Of a stretch of 64,000 nt of DNA, positions 37,301 to 52,300 are shown piece after piece. The notes under the pieces were generated by a model. The model saw nothing but the letters and a program-made list of their open reading frames with translations. It was not told the origin of the DNA and ran no database searches. Made by a program: the position numbers and the translations under genes. Every line of letters starts with the position of its first letter. Within the stretch, counting starts at the first letter, position 1. The stretch comes from Laetmonice hystrix (taxonomy: Eukaryota): contig OZ249439.1 in the NCBI GenBank assembly GCA_965235115.1, positions 21,948,001 to 22,012,000 of the forward strand. Direction: 5' to 3'.

Positions 37301-40300
37301 TCTCACAATCCAAGGATACAAACCGTGGGGCCCACTCCAATACTCGAGATGTCTCTCACAATCCAAGGATACAAACCGTGGGGCCCACTCCAATACTCGA
37401 GATGTCTCTCACAATCCAAGGATACAAACCGTGGGGCCCACTCCAATACTCGAGATGTCTCTCACAATCCAAGGATACAAACCTGGGGCCCACTCCAATA
37501 CTCGAGATGTCTCTCACAATCCAAGGATACAAACCGTGGGGCCCACTCCAATACTAGAGACGTCTCTCACAATCCAAGGATACAAACCGTGGGACCCACT
37601 CCAATACTAGAGACGTCTCTCACAATCCAAGGATACAAACCTGGAGCCCACTCTAATACTCGAGACGTCTCTCACAATCCAAGGATACAAACCGTGGGGC
37701 CCACTCCAATACTAGAGACGTCTCTCACAGTCCAAGGATACAAACCGCGGGGCCCATTCCAATACTCGAGATGTCTCTCACAATCCAAGGATACAAACCG
37801 TGGGGCCCACTCCAATACTAGAGACGTCTCTCACAATCCAAGGATACAAACCGTGGGGCCCACTCCAATACTCGAAATGTCTCTCACAATCCAAGGATAC
37901 AAACCGTGGGGCCCACTCCAATACTAGAGACGTCTCTCACAATCCAAGGATACAAACCGTGGGGCCCACTCCAATACTCGAGATGTCTCTCACAATCCAA
38001 GGATACAAACCTGGGGCCCACTCCAATACTCGAGATGTCTCTCACAATCCAAGGATACAAACCCTGGGGCCCACTCCAATACTCGAGATGTCTCTCACAA
38101 TCCAAGGATACAAACCGTGGGGCCCACTCCAATACTCGAGACGTCTCTCACAATCCAAGGATACAAACCGTGGGGCCCACTCCAATACTAGAGACGTCTC
38201 TCACAATCCAAGGATACAAACCGTGGGGCCCACTCCAATACTCGAAATGTCTCTCACAATCCAAGGATACAAACCGTGGGGCCCACTCCAATACTCGAGA
38301 CGTCTCTCACAATCCAAGGATACAAACCGTGGGGCCCACTCCAATACTCGAGATGTCTCTCACAATCCAAGGATACAAACCGTGGGGCCCACTTCAATAC
38401 TAGAGACGTCTCTCACAATCCAAGGATACAAACCGTGGGGCCCACTCCAATACTCGAAATGTCTCTCACAATCCAAGGATACAAACCGTGGGGCCCACTC
38501 CAATACTAGAGACGTCTCTCACAATCCAAGGATACAAACCGTGGGGCCCACTCCAATACTAGAGACGTCTCTCACAATCCAAGGATACAAACCTGGGGCC
38601 CACTCCAATACTCGAGACGTCTCTCACAATCCAAGGATACAAACCTGGGGCCCACTCCAATACTAGAGACGTCTCTCACAATCCAAGGATACAAACCGTG
38701 GGGCCCACTCCAATACTCGAAATGTCTCTCACAATCCAAGGATACAAACCGTGGGGCCCACTCCAATACTAGAGACGTCTCTCACAATCCAAGGATACAA
38801 ACCGTGGGGCCCACTCCAATACTCGAGATGTCTCTCACAATCCAAGGATACAAACCGTGGGGCCCACTCCAATACTCGAGATGTCTCTCACAATCCAAGG
38901 ATACAAACCGTGGGGCCCACTTCAATACTAGAGACGTCTCTCACAATCCAAGGATACAAACCGTGGGGCCCACTCCAATACTAGAGACGTCTCTCACAAT
39001 CCAAGGATACAAACCTGGGGCCCACTTCAATACTCGAGACGTCTCTCACAATCCAAGGATACAAACCGTGGGGCTCACTCCAATACTCGAGATGTCTCTC
39101 ACAATCCAAGGATACAAACCGTGGGGCCCACTCCAATACTCTAGATGTCTCTCACAATCCAAGGATACAAACCTGGGGCCCACTCCAATACTCGAGATGT
39201 CTCTCACAATCCAAGGATACAAACCTGGGGCCCACTCCAATACTCGAGATGTCTCTCACAATCCAAGGATACAAACCGTGGGGCCCACTCCAATACTCGA
39301 GACGTCTCTCACAATCCAAGGATACAAACCTGGGGCCCACTCCAATACTCGAGATGTCTCTCACAATCCAAGGATACAAACCGTGGGGCCCACTTCAATA
39401 CTAGAGACGTCTCTCACAATCCAAGGATACAAACCTGGGGCCCACTCCAATACTAGAGACGTCTCTCACAATCCAAGGATACAAACCGTGGGGCCCACTC
39501 CAATACTCGAGACGTCTCTCACAATCCAAGGATACAAACCGTGGGGCCCACTCCAATACTAGAGACGTCTCTCACAATCCAAGGATACAAACCTGGGGCC
39601 CACTCCAATACTAGAGACGTCTCTCACAATCCAAGGATACAAACCTGGGGCCCACTCCAATACTAGAGACGTCTCTCACAATCCAAGGATACAAACCGTG
39701 GGGCCCACTCCAATACTCTAGATGTCTCTCACAATCCAAGGATACAACCCTGACAAAAAGACAACCTCCCACCGTTCCACGATTCTAATATTCAGGGTAA
39801 TAACTCACTCACATCTAGGCTCCACCTGCTGCTCTCGGCAGTCGATGTTGAACAAACCCAGACTAAGAATATACACCAACTTATGACCTATGCAATCCCA
39901 GTAAGATTTTTTTTCAGGTGCAGGTTTGTCACAGGCCTAACACTGTCCGCCTGCCTTGGGTGTATTTTCCACACCACTCACCTATTGTTTGCAGTGGTTT
40001 ACCGCCGTACATTTGAGATACGGCTCAACCCTCAGAACTGGATCTTAATGGGTCCATTATATCGAGTGGTTGACTGACCAGGAATGAATCCCAGCAGGAG
40101 ACTATTTGATATATCTCCCCCCCCCCCCCCCACCTCCTTCTTACCTGTGTACCAGACATCCGCAATGACTCGACTGTATACAATGTAATTACAGCTCTTC
40201 ACTAGCGTTTCTCCTTAATTCTCTCCTTTACATTACTCGCCAAACTCACATATGGAGCTAGGTTTTAAATGCGGTTAAAACTCTACTGAGAGATAACACA

Positions 40301-43300
40301 TTTCCATCGCCTTTTCAAAAGGCCTCAGGCCTTATTACGTGACACATGATACTTCAAAGAGAGAAACAGACACACATACCGTCTGGTCTTCTCCGACGCG
40401 CTTGACCGCCGGTTTTGTTCGGGACCCTGAAAATAAACGAACATTTCCATTGCTGTATGAATCGCAAAAGTTTTTAAGGCTGCATTACAATTTACTGATT
40501 ATTAATCACCTCTGCAGTAAAAAAGTTGAAAGAGGTAGCCATGCTAATTACCAGCTTAATGAAAGATCGAATAGACAATGTCTACAGACTCCTAAATCAC
40601 ACACCAGATGGCGTGACGTTCGATCAATATACCGGCACACGTAGGTATATAATGACTGTGAGGCAAAGATCGGCAACGAAAGATGCTAGAGTATCCGTAA
40701 ACTATAGATACCAGAGAACGTTGAAAGTATTATAATAATATGCCCTTGTTTCTTAATTATCTTGGAGATATCTTGCACACGGCAAGGTTTATACACATGT
40801 AGCAGAAATAACCTCCTTTGAAGGGAAGGTAAAATACACAAAATATTGTAAAATATTTATGATTCTTATATGCCCACTTGGCTGTTGTCAACATATCACA
40901 GATGAGATATTCATGATCTTATACCTTAAATTACCGGTAGGTACAAATATCGTTTTCCTGTGACTTAAGATAAAAAAACAACCGTTATGGTAACAACCAA
41001 AATGAAGTAATTAGAGGGAGCATTCTAAAGTTAAGGATTTCCGAATTGTTTACCAGTTTACCTGCCCTTTAAGATACGATTACGTACACAATATAGCTAA
41101 CAAATTCACTATGCAAGTGCCAGGGTACACAGACACGCTTCAGGCCAGTCAATACATTTTGTACTGCAAACTGAATTTTCATTAACAGAATGGCAGCTGT
41201 GCCTTTACAAACTATAGAATTACGAGCAAAGGAAATAGAATATGGTTATTATTGCGATGTGTTCATCTCATATAACGTCTAAGTTACATTCTGTTCTTAC
41301 TCTAACACTCTTTGCAAATAACTTATTCCTGATTCGAGTGTTATTAAAATGGTACATTTTGCGGGGATGTGAAATACGACTGATAGCACAACAAATACGC
41401 CAGGATCTTGTGATCACATTATAAAGGAGACAAGCTCTCCAAATGATCACACTCTATTATATTATGCCATAGCTTCGTGTCATGAAATTGTCCTAACGCT
41501 TCTCACCTCTTCAGGATTAAAACGAATTAAAGGGAAATGAAGAATTGAAACGTCACTGAAGTCGCAGGACGTTTTTGCCAAGTCTTATCTGCAGGCACAT
41601 CGTCTAAAGGTTGGAGTTGGTGCCAACATTATCAACTATACTCCATTTTGTTCGAATTCCAACTACCGACCTGCAACCTTCGGTTTTTTCTTTCCCTGGG
41701 ATCACCTCAGAAATGAAAAGAGGTCCACAGTGTGGCAATCAGGTTCGGCTTCACGACCTCGAACCGTTCACGATAGATGCGCTCTAATATAGATTGAAAC
41801 ACGTGCCAAAAAGTGGCGGCACAGTATTCCGTGTCCCGTGGTGGGGGGTCGGTTTGTAAAGAGGGTGGGGGCATCAACACATCCCCCCCTCCCCCGCTAT
41901 CTTACTTAGGTCACAATGGTAAGAAAACCTTGCCGATGTGAACTCAGACCTGTGTCTTGAAGCTATGCTCCCCTCGCTGTACTTTCTTATAAAGACCTTC
42001 ATCCTTTGCGGAGGTTTTTCCTCGCAATTTCCTTGCGATTTTGAGTTGAAAGGGATGGAATCCATTTTCAGAATGAGAGTCGGATAGTAAGAAAATATTG
42101 CTGCTAGTGAGTTACAACCTTTGAACTGAACATGGCACAGACAATCGCCCCAGTGATGAGGACGGCCTGAACTGTGTCTATGATTCCGAGTGGCTCAAGA
42201 TCTCGATCTCTCTCTCCCTCTTTCTATCTCATTTTATTCTTTACTTGCCCTCAATAAAGGACACTCCCAACAGTTCTACTCTGTGATCCCGTGGTTCACG
42301 TCTGAAACCATCTCTCCCACACCTAGCCTTCAACGACTTTTTTCCCCCTCACTTAGAGGGCCCCCGTTCCCCTGATTATGGACCTCCCCCAGCAGTGCAG
42401 CCCCAGTTATCACCACTGCAGCGAGTGTGTTTCTAAAATCAAGCACACTTTGGCTCGTCTGCCAACTCTACCCTATCGTCAGCGTGTTGCCAGGTTGTGG
42501 CTGCCATCACCCCTTACACCAGCCACCAAAAAACCACCCCGACCTTCCCTCCTACGGCTGGCTCAGCCAGGCTCCCTCTGCTCCCTGGCAACAACGTTGT
42601 AGGGGCCTAATGGCAATGGACCGCCATAAGGGCAGCACCAGCGACCAGTAACACCTATAACCCCACATTGGTTAAAATGTACCCTGGTAGGCCTAACTTT
42701 GTACCAGTATACCTTACATAAACGTTGGATCGGTCACGGATGGCTAACGGCCAATCATGCACCAATTATCCGCACCATGCTACCATGGTACCAATAACAA
42801 CAACAAAATATTGTACCGATCAAATAAACATTCACAATGATTTTAAAAATTTACTGTACTTATGGTTTGAATAATTCCCATATATTCCCTTCACAAAGAT
42901 CCTCGAAGGTTTAATACGCTTCGTTTTCTCAATTACACCTCGAGTGCCATGATTTCCAAAGATCATCACGGAGATGATTTGTAAACGGTGACGCCGACCA
43001 GTGTGTGTGACGTCAGTGAGGGCTGTGGTTTCAAACCGGTCCTTATCACTGGTCCTGACGTACGCAGTACGTAACAATCGATAAAACGGTCACTCACCTG
43101 ATCCTCCGTGTCGCTGTCGCTGCTAATCGCCAGGTCGTTGGCCAGTTCCTTTGAAAGAGACACCCTGCAGAGACAAAAAGAGAACAAAAAAACGTAATTA
43201 GCTTGACGTTAGTCTGTTATTAGCCTGTCAAAGTGTCCGACTGATTAACCGTTTCAATGTGTACTTTCCTTCAGTCGCCGGGACGGCAGCCTTTATAACG

Positions 43301-46300
43301 TAACATATAATTCACCGTCACCTGATGCTTTTATTACAAAATACCGAGTTTTACTTCTTGAGGCTTCTCTCCTCTCAGCTTTGGCGCCAACATACAGTGA
43401 TGAGTGACATTCTGTCACTCATCAAATCAATCTACCGTCTAATCGGACATAGATTACCCTTTGGGAACGACAAAACATCTACCAAAATCAACATTTTGTA
43501 AGGCTCGGTTTCAACCTTTCGTTCTTTCCGCGCGTAATGACAAGGTTGCAAGGTTGTCTTTTCCAACTTTTCGTAGTGGGCTCTCATCAAAACACAGCTC
43601 ACCTACACCACCACTGGGCCTCACGCCCGGGGCCTTCCCCCCAGCTAACCATACACCCTTTTTTAAAGACGGGGAGGGGTCAGTTTCGACAATATCTCTT
43701 TTATTCTGTATCCTCTGCCACACAATGATTTTGATTAATATATCTGGCTCTCCTCTCCTCGAACCTGCTCCCTGTCTCAGACAGGATCTCCTCCGTCATA
43801 CTGATGTAGACAGGGACCTCCACACGTATCTTACCATGACAGACTTCCTCCGCTCCCCGCCACACCTGAGCTCACAGGGAGACACTATACAACATGCCGT
43901 ATCGCCGTCCATTACCTCCGCCTTTGATCGACACCTTTGATTAGTCCACCAACCTATCAACCATCGCTCAGACAAACCCTCCGGCTTTTCAGTCGCAGTC
44001 AAAACGGCCAAACTGTCTCCACAGCTCTTTTTCCCATCGGTTCAGAGTGAAACTGCGGGAAACCCCCTACCCCAAAAATAGCAATCAATAAATTCAATTT
44101 GTTAATTTCTTGTTAACTCACATGACCACGAAATATACTCATCTCAAAGTTTATCATTCACTTACTCCAATTTCACCGACTTCGGACAAAATCGGGCAAT
44201 TTCAACATGTCGTTGCTACCAGCCAGACACTGCACACGTCTGACACCGCTTGGTACTCAGCCAAGGCCTTGGCCTAGTGTCAAGCGACAAGTACCAATAT
44301 AATATTCTGCCGGTTGGAGCGGATCCGTTGCCGAGGTGAAGCCGGCGGGAGGGGGGGGCGTACGCGGTGCCAGGTCTGGCCAACGTTGCGAGGATATTTA
44401 TCATACTACCTCAATTCTCCCTACAAATATGTTGACAATATCTATGTACTACTTACTGCCTTCAACCAACACCAGCTCCCGACAGTGAAGATCTTTATCT
44501 CACTATTTCATACAATCTTAAGTGTTCTGCATCAGGATGCACGGTACTGACCTAGATTTATTTGTCGATAGTCTATCTGTCCATTCTATATAATTATTTC
44601 AACTCACCTATCTATGATTATGAATTATACACGAGGGATGGAAGCTAACATCTCATGACCACCACGATTAAGTGAAAGCCCTTGGGAAACATCAACAATC
44701 ATCAACAACTTTCGATTTAAGAATTCACAGGTTCACATCATAGGTCGTATCATATGGTGTCGATACTCACTGTCTGAATCATCACACCGTATGGTCCCTA
44801 TACACTGCAATCCTAACAACTTAACGACCCCATGAACAAAACTACTCGCCTCCACTGAGGCTGTAAAAACCCTATCTGATGGACTTAACGGCAGGCCATC
44901 TCCTTGGGGAGACCGGCGGACAATGATTTCAGAAAATGGACTGTCCGGAGATACTCGGCCATTCGTTCCTTATCGCACCCCTTCCAGCCCTGGCAGATCC
45001 ACCTTACAGTCATTACTCGCCAACTATGTCACCCCCCTCCAACCCCACCCCCAACCGCCCAGACTGTACCTGAGGACTGGGACAAAACAAGTGGGATAGC
45101 GTCAAGGTGGTCTGTGGGAGTCGGCGGGGGCGGGGCGGGGGCGGGAGCGGGAGCGGGGGTTGGACAGCAGTGGGGACAAGCCAAACTCGACTTGACTTAT
45201 CGATTCCCTCAATTACTGCCATCGTAATTCCACCTGATAATCCGTACGGCTGCTTCTGTTCCTGGTGCTGTTTGGGCAAGTCTCGAATCACATCCTTCAG
45301 ACTGTGGTACACGTGGGACTGATCATCTTAAAGTGGTGGAGACGGTCGATGATTACAGACCCCCTGTACCCCCTCTCTCTCCCACCCCCACCCCCACCCC
45401 CCGCCGACATCTAACTCCCGGGTACAGACGCCCCCTACAGGGGGAGCAGGTGTCTGGCCTGAGAATCAACCCTGACGACTTCTTCCCGAGGCCAGTCAAC
45501 TGTTGCCTTACCTTTTCACCCTAACTGTGGCGTCAATCATATCTAAAGGCCATCAACCAGGGCTACAGGGGGGAGTACAGCAAAGAGAAACAAGAACAAA
45601 GTCACACCCGTCCATCCGATTGGATTTAATGGAGACTCATCAAATTCATGGCTGGCTAAAAGAGGATTTTTATGGACACGAAGTGACTCCTCACATAAAG
45701 GAAGACGACTTCCTACCAGTATTACAGCTCGGATACCACCATTGACTTCAAGTTTACCGCCGGGACCGATATGTTCGGCCTCAGACCAATTTCACTCCCT
45801 GTCCGGTAAAAGTGCACTGCTTGTTCACATGCATGATCAGAGCCAATGGCAACCTTAATCAGGTTCTAGCATGTGGGACCGGTAAACAGTGGACATTGGT
45901 TGATTTGGCCGCGCCAGGCAGTAGGCGAGCCCCTACCCCCACCACCCAACCTCCCCACCACTTGATTGATGGATTCCTCTTGCCTGGCACCGTCTAGGTC
46001 ACCGCCATAGCAGCGGTTGCCATGCCAACCCGGCTCGCTTCCCTGCCAGCAGTGGGGCCGTCTTTGAGGTGCCGCTGTCAGAAATCGTTCATTGTTGAGC
46101 CGACAGGCAGCCGTGAACCTGAAACAGTTGTAATATGTCCAGTCGGCGCCCTCCACCCCCACCCCCTTCCAAACCGATCCCTTCAACTGGCGCTGGCACG
46201 TCCCTGGCCGAGGTCAGCAGTAACTGGGACGCCACCGATCCCTAACCTTTCCCATCCACACCCTCATCCCAGCTGTCTTAGTTTAATTAATTTTCACAGG

Positions 46301-49300
46301 GGGTTGGAATATCTGATGGGGCGTGACCCGGTGACGAGAGAGGCGTGACCCGTTCCCCGCCCTTCACCCTCGACCGTGGTCGGCGGCATGCTGTGGTTGG
46401 TTTCACCATACTCCACCCGCCACCCCGACCTTTATATTCATGGAGCGCTTTAACTGAGCTCGAATGATGATAGCCGTGTAAACCATTCCCGTTATTTTTA
46501 CGATCTATCAGCATGAAACTGTAACATTGCTCCAAATGTCCGATAGCCTGGACACGGAATGGCGAGCGCTCCATTACAAACCACTTTAATAGCGCCAGCA
46601 GTGGTTAACGTCTACCTTGACGACTCCTATCTAGATGATAGCTCACAGTTCCACCCCCCATCCTCACCCCGGCCTACACAGGTGGCGGGTGAACAAGGGT
46701 GACCAGACACAATGGGACACATAGAAATGAAGTCAATTTATCACCAGCTAAACGATCCGATTTACAGTTATCTTTGTAAACTAGGACCTGGCAGCATGCA
46801 TTCGGCACCATTTTCTATGCCACCTGTGCATGCACAGTTTCCGCCCTCCCGCCTCCATTTATTAGTTGTACACAGAGAGTGCTAACACAGGCAGTTCATC
46901 CCGTGTAGTTACAGCCACTGTAACACTACACTGGCTCTCAGTCTGCCAGGCCTGCCAGTTCATGTTCATCTAAGTGAGGATCAAAGCCAAAACAGGCTCT
47001 GGGCGGCCGTTCGACTCGCAGTGTGAATTCTCTCCCATCCAATATGGCACCCTCCGTTCTCTAGTTGCCTGCCCAGACAAAACAGATGATCGTCTCGTTG
47101 TCTTCATTACAACTCGGATTGCCGAGAGAGAACAAAATCTAGCATCGAAATTAAAACCATTCAATATCACTGCAGATTCTAAACGTCAGGGCGAAACCTA
47201 GTACTTGACTGTCGCTTATAATAATCGCTGTGGCGGCACCTGGAGACATTTATTCTAGACAGCCAATCTTATCCTGAACGTATTAAAGTGAAACTGAGCA
47301 TGGTCGAATTAGGGACAAATTAATCTAATTAACTAAATCTAAGGCCACATCAAATATATTTAATGCGAATTCACACCAGATCGCCACCACAATGCAGTTA
47401 TTCCAAACCATCAAAATAAGACTTTATTTGACCCATCAAAGGAGTATAAAAAAACTAACGAAGAACCATCGATTAAGTCTCCATATGGATACTGGCCTTG
47501 TCTCAAACCTGCATCTGTCATAGCTCGGACAATTCAGAGAGAATGTCTCAGACCAGCAGCTGTAATAGCTCGGACAATTCAGAGAGAATGTCTCAGACCA
47601 GCAGCTGTAATAGCTCGGACAATTCAGAGAGAATGTCTCAGACCAGCAGCTGTAATAGCTCGGACAATTCAGAGAGAATGTCTCAGACCAGCAGCTGTCG
47701 TAGCTCAGTGGTATAAGTGAGACATTCGGAGGAGTTCAGCTGTACTAGTTCCGGGGAGTGTATTTAAAGATGCCACCCGGATACTGGTTTCTTGTAACAC
47801 TGACTAAGCCTGTTCACTGTGCTTCAGGCACCCAGTAGCCACGATCTGACGTTTATAGTTATCAGAACAATGATAATTGTAACGATGAGAGTTACACCAT
47901 TTCACAATCCACCGCCTTCTATGCCAACACCGTTTGAACCCTGAATACTCAAGGGATCCACACTCACGTATATTATTGTACTCAGTCATAGTCACAGTTT
48001 TTTCGTCTCCCTCTGTCTGTGAAATTAGGTGCCGAGCTGTAACTCTTCCTTTAGAATGCAGCAGGTCGAGCCGCAGTTCCAGCCGACCTACTATATCCCG
48101 CTGGAAACGGCTAGGTCCGCTTTCATTTCTTCACTTCACCTCACACAGAGTATTTGAATGTAGTCACTCTTTGAGGTATTTATTCCCTGTCTGTGTCTCT
48201 GGCGGCAGTGGTGTTCACTCAATGCCTTTGACAGTTTGTGGTGGTGTTTCTCTCACTATAGAATCGTTTACGGCATCAAACGCACCAGGTGAAACAGCTG
48301 AGATGACAAAGGGCCGACGAATACAGCAATGGGAAAAGCAATCACTCGCATACCACACGAAGTAAATTCACCACAGCTGACGGGTGGTTTACGTCGACCT
48401 TGGACTAATTTATATACACATGTGTATGTATATATATATTAGTTCAAGCCTCAACAAACTGCATCAGAGACCTATGCCACTCAGATAATTCACGCTGGCT
48501 ATAGTCATCTATCCTCCTATCGTGGCCTTATTGGCTGTTTCTGAATAAATAGTTGACACTCTGATCGCTGTATTTAACAATATATCATATTCCACCATAA
48601 CTTCAGTGCCAGCCTAGACAGTGTCACATTCTACTGCGGAGCTAATTGTCTATATCATAGAGAACGGCCACTCCCCGACCCTCCACCCTGAACGACGACC
48701 GGTGAGACAGCCCACCACGTGATCACCCCTCATATCGTCGTCAAAACGGTCCTGAACGTCTATGTTGTATTGCCTCCAGCAGTTGGGCCTTTACGTACAC
48801 CGTACTTCCAGGCCGACATCCTGGCGCCATTTTTTTCGCGAAACCCCAAACCATGCAATTTTTCTAACACACCGCACTGATATGCGAAATTTATCGGCAA
48901 CGACATTAATGGAGGTCGGATGTCTCATCTCACAGGCTTGTTTGCCTGGGCGACAATTGCGGCAGATCACTAGAGATTTATTTAGCATCTGGCCTTCTCT
49001 TGATTCTCATTCTCTGAAATCTGTACGTTTGCCGATACAGCAGTCATCATTATCACCCAGCCGGCGATGCCGGATGCACTTTGTACGGCGGCCCTCGACA
49101 GAAAATACCATCAGAACGCCGCTGTTTGCCACAACTTAAAAAGAAATCGCCTCCCAGAAAGGGGCCCCACTGTCTTTTATCATTGTACTGCCTTTGAAGC
49201 TCACTTAGAGTGGCATGTAATTTCATCAGTTGGCACACATGCAATCTTCTGTTTCGCGTCATGCCACTTTAACCCCATTTCTTTTTTCAAATCAATAATG

Positions 49301-52300
49301 GAGTGGTGAGCACCCAGCCCTAGAGAAGGGAGGCCGTTGGGAGTTAGAACTGTTCACTGGAGAGTATATTACTAGTCTCATTCTGTCTCACGGCCATTCT
49401 GTGTCTGGTAATCTTTCCTATCAGCACCAATTAATATCCCTGCGTCCTTAGCTGCTTGAAGCAGTGATTTAAAACAAACACTAATATTTCACCAGGCTAT
49501 TACCATTTACTTCTAATTGAGCGATTACCCCTGCAGTGTTATGAATTATTTTGTAAATATCGCCAATTTATTTGCACGTCGCCTGTACTTGTGTGCGTAA
49601 TCTACACCTTGTAACAAGCAAAGAGTGTGTTTACACCTCTGCCGTAGTGACCGGCTGTTCGGCCCTAAAAACCTTTAAGTGCGATGGTTCCAAGCACACC
49701 GAAGTGAGGCGCAACCTTTGGTCTCTAATGTTTCCATTCAGGAATAAGCCGTCATGTTTTAAGGCCAGCTACCACCCAGGTTAAGAGGAGCGTTAGCAAA
49801 AGGTCACTCTAACCATTATGTTATGTCAACACTCAGTCTGACATGGCTGTTTCCGTACCTGACCACCAGGTAACACGCCAATCGGATTTCTTCCTCACGC
49901 CTCGATTCGAGCATGCTCCGGCGAAGTCAAGTAAAGCAGGGCAGCAAAACATTCAGCCATCCTGGTTCAAATGGCAAGGGTCAACTGTAGTGTGTGTAAA
50001 CCATAGTCTCTGCCTCAAGGATGACTGTCAGCTAGGGAAGGTGGGGGGCACTGGGGAGAGGGAGGAAAGGGGTGCCCGTTGCTAAGCGCCGCATCTGGAC
50101 TCACCTGATAACACAGCAGAAGCAACAGCAGAAGCAGGCTACCACTTCTCCCTGCATGTGTCACTGTGCCCCCCTACACCCCCCCCCCTCAACCACCACT
50201 CTCCAGTCAACCCCTCACGTCACAAATTGCTCAAATCCCCCCCCCCCTCTATAAATTCGCCCCGTTCAGTGTGCCCCGTGCAACCTGATTTGCTACCGTT
50301 TCCTACTACATCCTGCGCCTGCTATAGTTGGCAAACATCAAAGACTTCACTGCTGTTAATCTTAAAATGTCATGTAAGACTTTAACCGTCGACCGCGCCG
50401 ACATGCTAATTCATCAGGTTAACTTCTACTTGCCGGCTGCTTCACATGAAAGTAATGGCGGGCATCGACATCAAAATCACCCACTCCAAAAGGTTTCTAA
50501 CACCATCACACTTCCGCCAATGCCTCCTTTTTTAAAATCGCGAATGTATCTAAAGTCCGTTGATTTGATATCTGACAAACGACGTGAATAAGGCAATTTG
50601 ATCCACCTTTCCGCCCTTCAGAATGGCACTTGTAAAACTAGGCAAGTTCGATGGCCGGGCCACTACAAAACTGATGTACACTGAGACCCCAGAAAGGTGG
50701 GCAGGTTTGAAACAGGTCTACAAAACGTCTTTGGACTGTTGACAACTTGGCGCTGAAGATATCAGCTGACAGAAATACTTTTAAATTGACTTCGTTGACT
50801 CTGAAATCTCTACACACACAGGGAACTTAGACAGCGACGCGCGTCTCGCCAGTACTATAAAACTCAGGTCTTCAAATGTCCCGTACAATTCAGACTTTTT
50901 TTTAAAAAAAAAAAACCTCAACTTCTATTTATAACATGGCCATTGCCACCGACCTAAAACATCTTCCTGACAATTATTTTAAGCGTTATCAAACAGCAGC
51001 GTTATTTCCAGTGTATTTTTCCCGCCGGTCTGAACATGCCCAGTGTTTTTCCGGGAGAACCGTTTCTGAACATTATTTCTATCCTTACATGCTCAACTGT
51101 CGTGCCAATCTCTCCATTATGATGTTATAATTCATGTCGTGGGCCACGTGAGTTCTACACCAGCCACTCCCACGTCAATCCTCCTTAAACAGATCATTTT
51201 ATCCAATCAAACTGATCGTCTCGCCGGGAGTTTAATTCGGCAATGTGAAGTAAGTGCCACAAACTGGTTGGTTCTATATCCGGGGATCTGACCTGTAGGA
51301 GCCGTACGTTCACCTCATGGCGACTATCGCTGCCGTTCTCTGCCGGTGTTCTGCCTGCCAAACTGAACGTACACCACGTCAACGGAACGCAGGGACAATT
51401 TCCATCACCAAAACCTTATACTTACAAAACCAATGTGAGGTAACGCACCAATACCCTTACAGAAATAAATACAACCGAGAAATCATACATCATCATGCAC
51501 CCACTGTGTACCTTAACTATTTATATAGAAGCATCCCTTTATCCTTGCCCTCTTGGAATATTTCTTTTTCTCCCCCCCCCCCCCCGGCCTGGTAGGCAGC
51601 CAATAACGGCGGTGCCATCAGTCTGAGTGCATCACGTCCCATTGCTGTCGCTGAGAATGTTTCATCAGTCTCACACTTTTCTCCGGGAGACTGGCTTGGA
51701 TTCTCTACCAGACTGGACCCCACCCCGGCCCCTCTGTCCACCCGGCCCCGGCCACTCATTGTCTAGTCTTAAGTGGCGCTCAATTGGATCGCGTCAGATG
51801 GACGGAAGCTGTTTTGGCTGCGTGCCGGGCTCAGTGCAGTGGGGTGGCCGCAAGGGCTGAAGGCTAGGAGATCCGTCCCCCCCCCCCCCCCCCCCTCCTT
51901 CCACTTCTCTTCCGTCTGTGTATCTGTGAGCCCGCCGGCTAGCCTCTCATCCGACCAGGCCCAGTGGAGCGTCACATCAGAAAACACAGCCGAATCAATG
52001 AACACAATTCACAAATTGATCGCAGGCCAAAGGTTACCGCAAGACAGTAATATCTGGGAGAGGCATCCTTGGCATGTTTTGGGATTATTCTAGTGGAAAG
52101 AATCTCCCATCTTCTCCCAGCCTCACCGCTCCATTTCCATCTCATTTCCATTTCTGGCCTGATGTATGGCACGGAAAGACTGAGGGGAAAAAGTCATGCT
52201 TCTGGGCCGAATTCCTGGTCTAACACAGCATCTTCTCTCGCACTCCACGAGTATATTACTAGCTAGCTCGTCTGTGACGCTGGGGCCTCGCTGTGTGGTC

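Noticed and set aside
35502-39562. Many long ORFs over the 53-bp satellite (also 17040..17681, 32433..33355, 59355..60300)
   Set aside because: By-products of stop-poor tandem repeats; periodic peptides, frames shift with 52/53-bp units, and no splice or homology support.
35465-39752. ACCCTG at both ends of the satellite as a target-site duplication
   Set aside because: The same hexamer occurs as a monomer-junction variant inside the array (~38061), so it is not independent evidence of insertion.
39813-39862. Exon-like segment with TTCTTAG acceptor and GTGAGT donor
   Set aside because: In-frame TAG in phase 0, and the other frames do not match the flanking exon phases.
43835-43884. Possible 50-bp AFF exon (CLPVSSGVAGSGGSLS-W)
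   Set aside because: Good donor but weak acceptor, and its phase-0 start does not fit the phase-2 end of exon 56386; could be used only with an unseen partner exon.
45234-45327. Exon-like segment DDQSHVYHSLKDVIRDLPKQ... (minus strand)
   Set aside because: Phase 1-1, incompatible with the phase-2 intron it sits in; weak donor.
47698-47760. tRNA gene
   Set aside because: A box only; no valid B box or cloverleaf.
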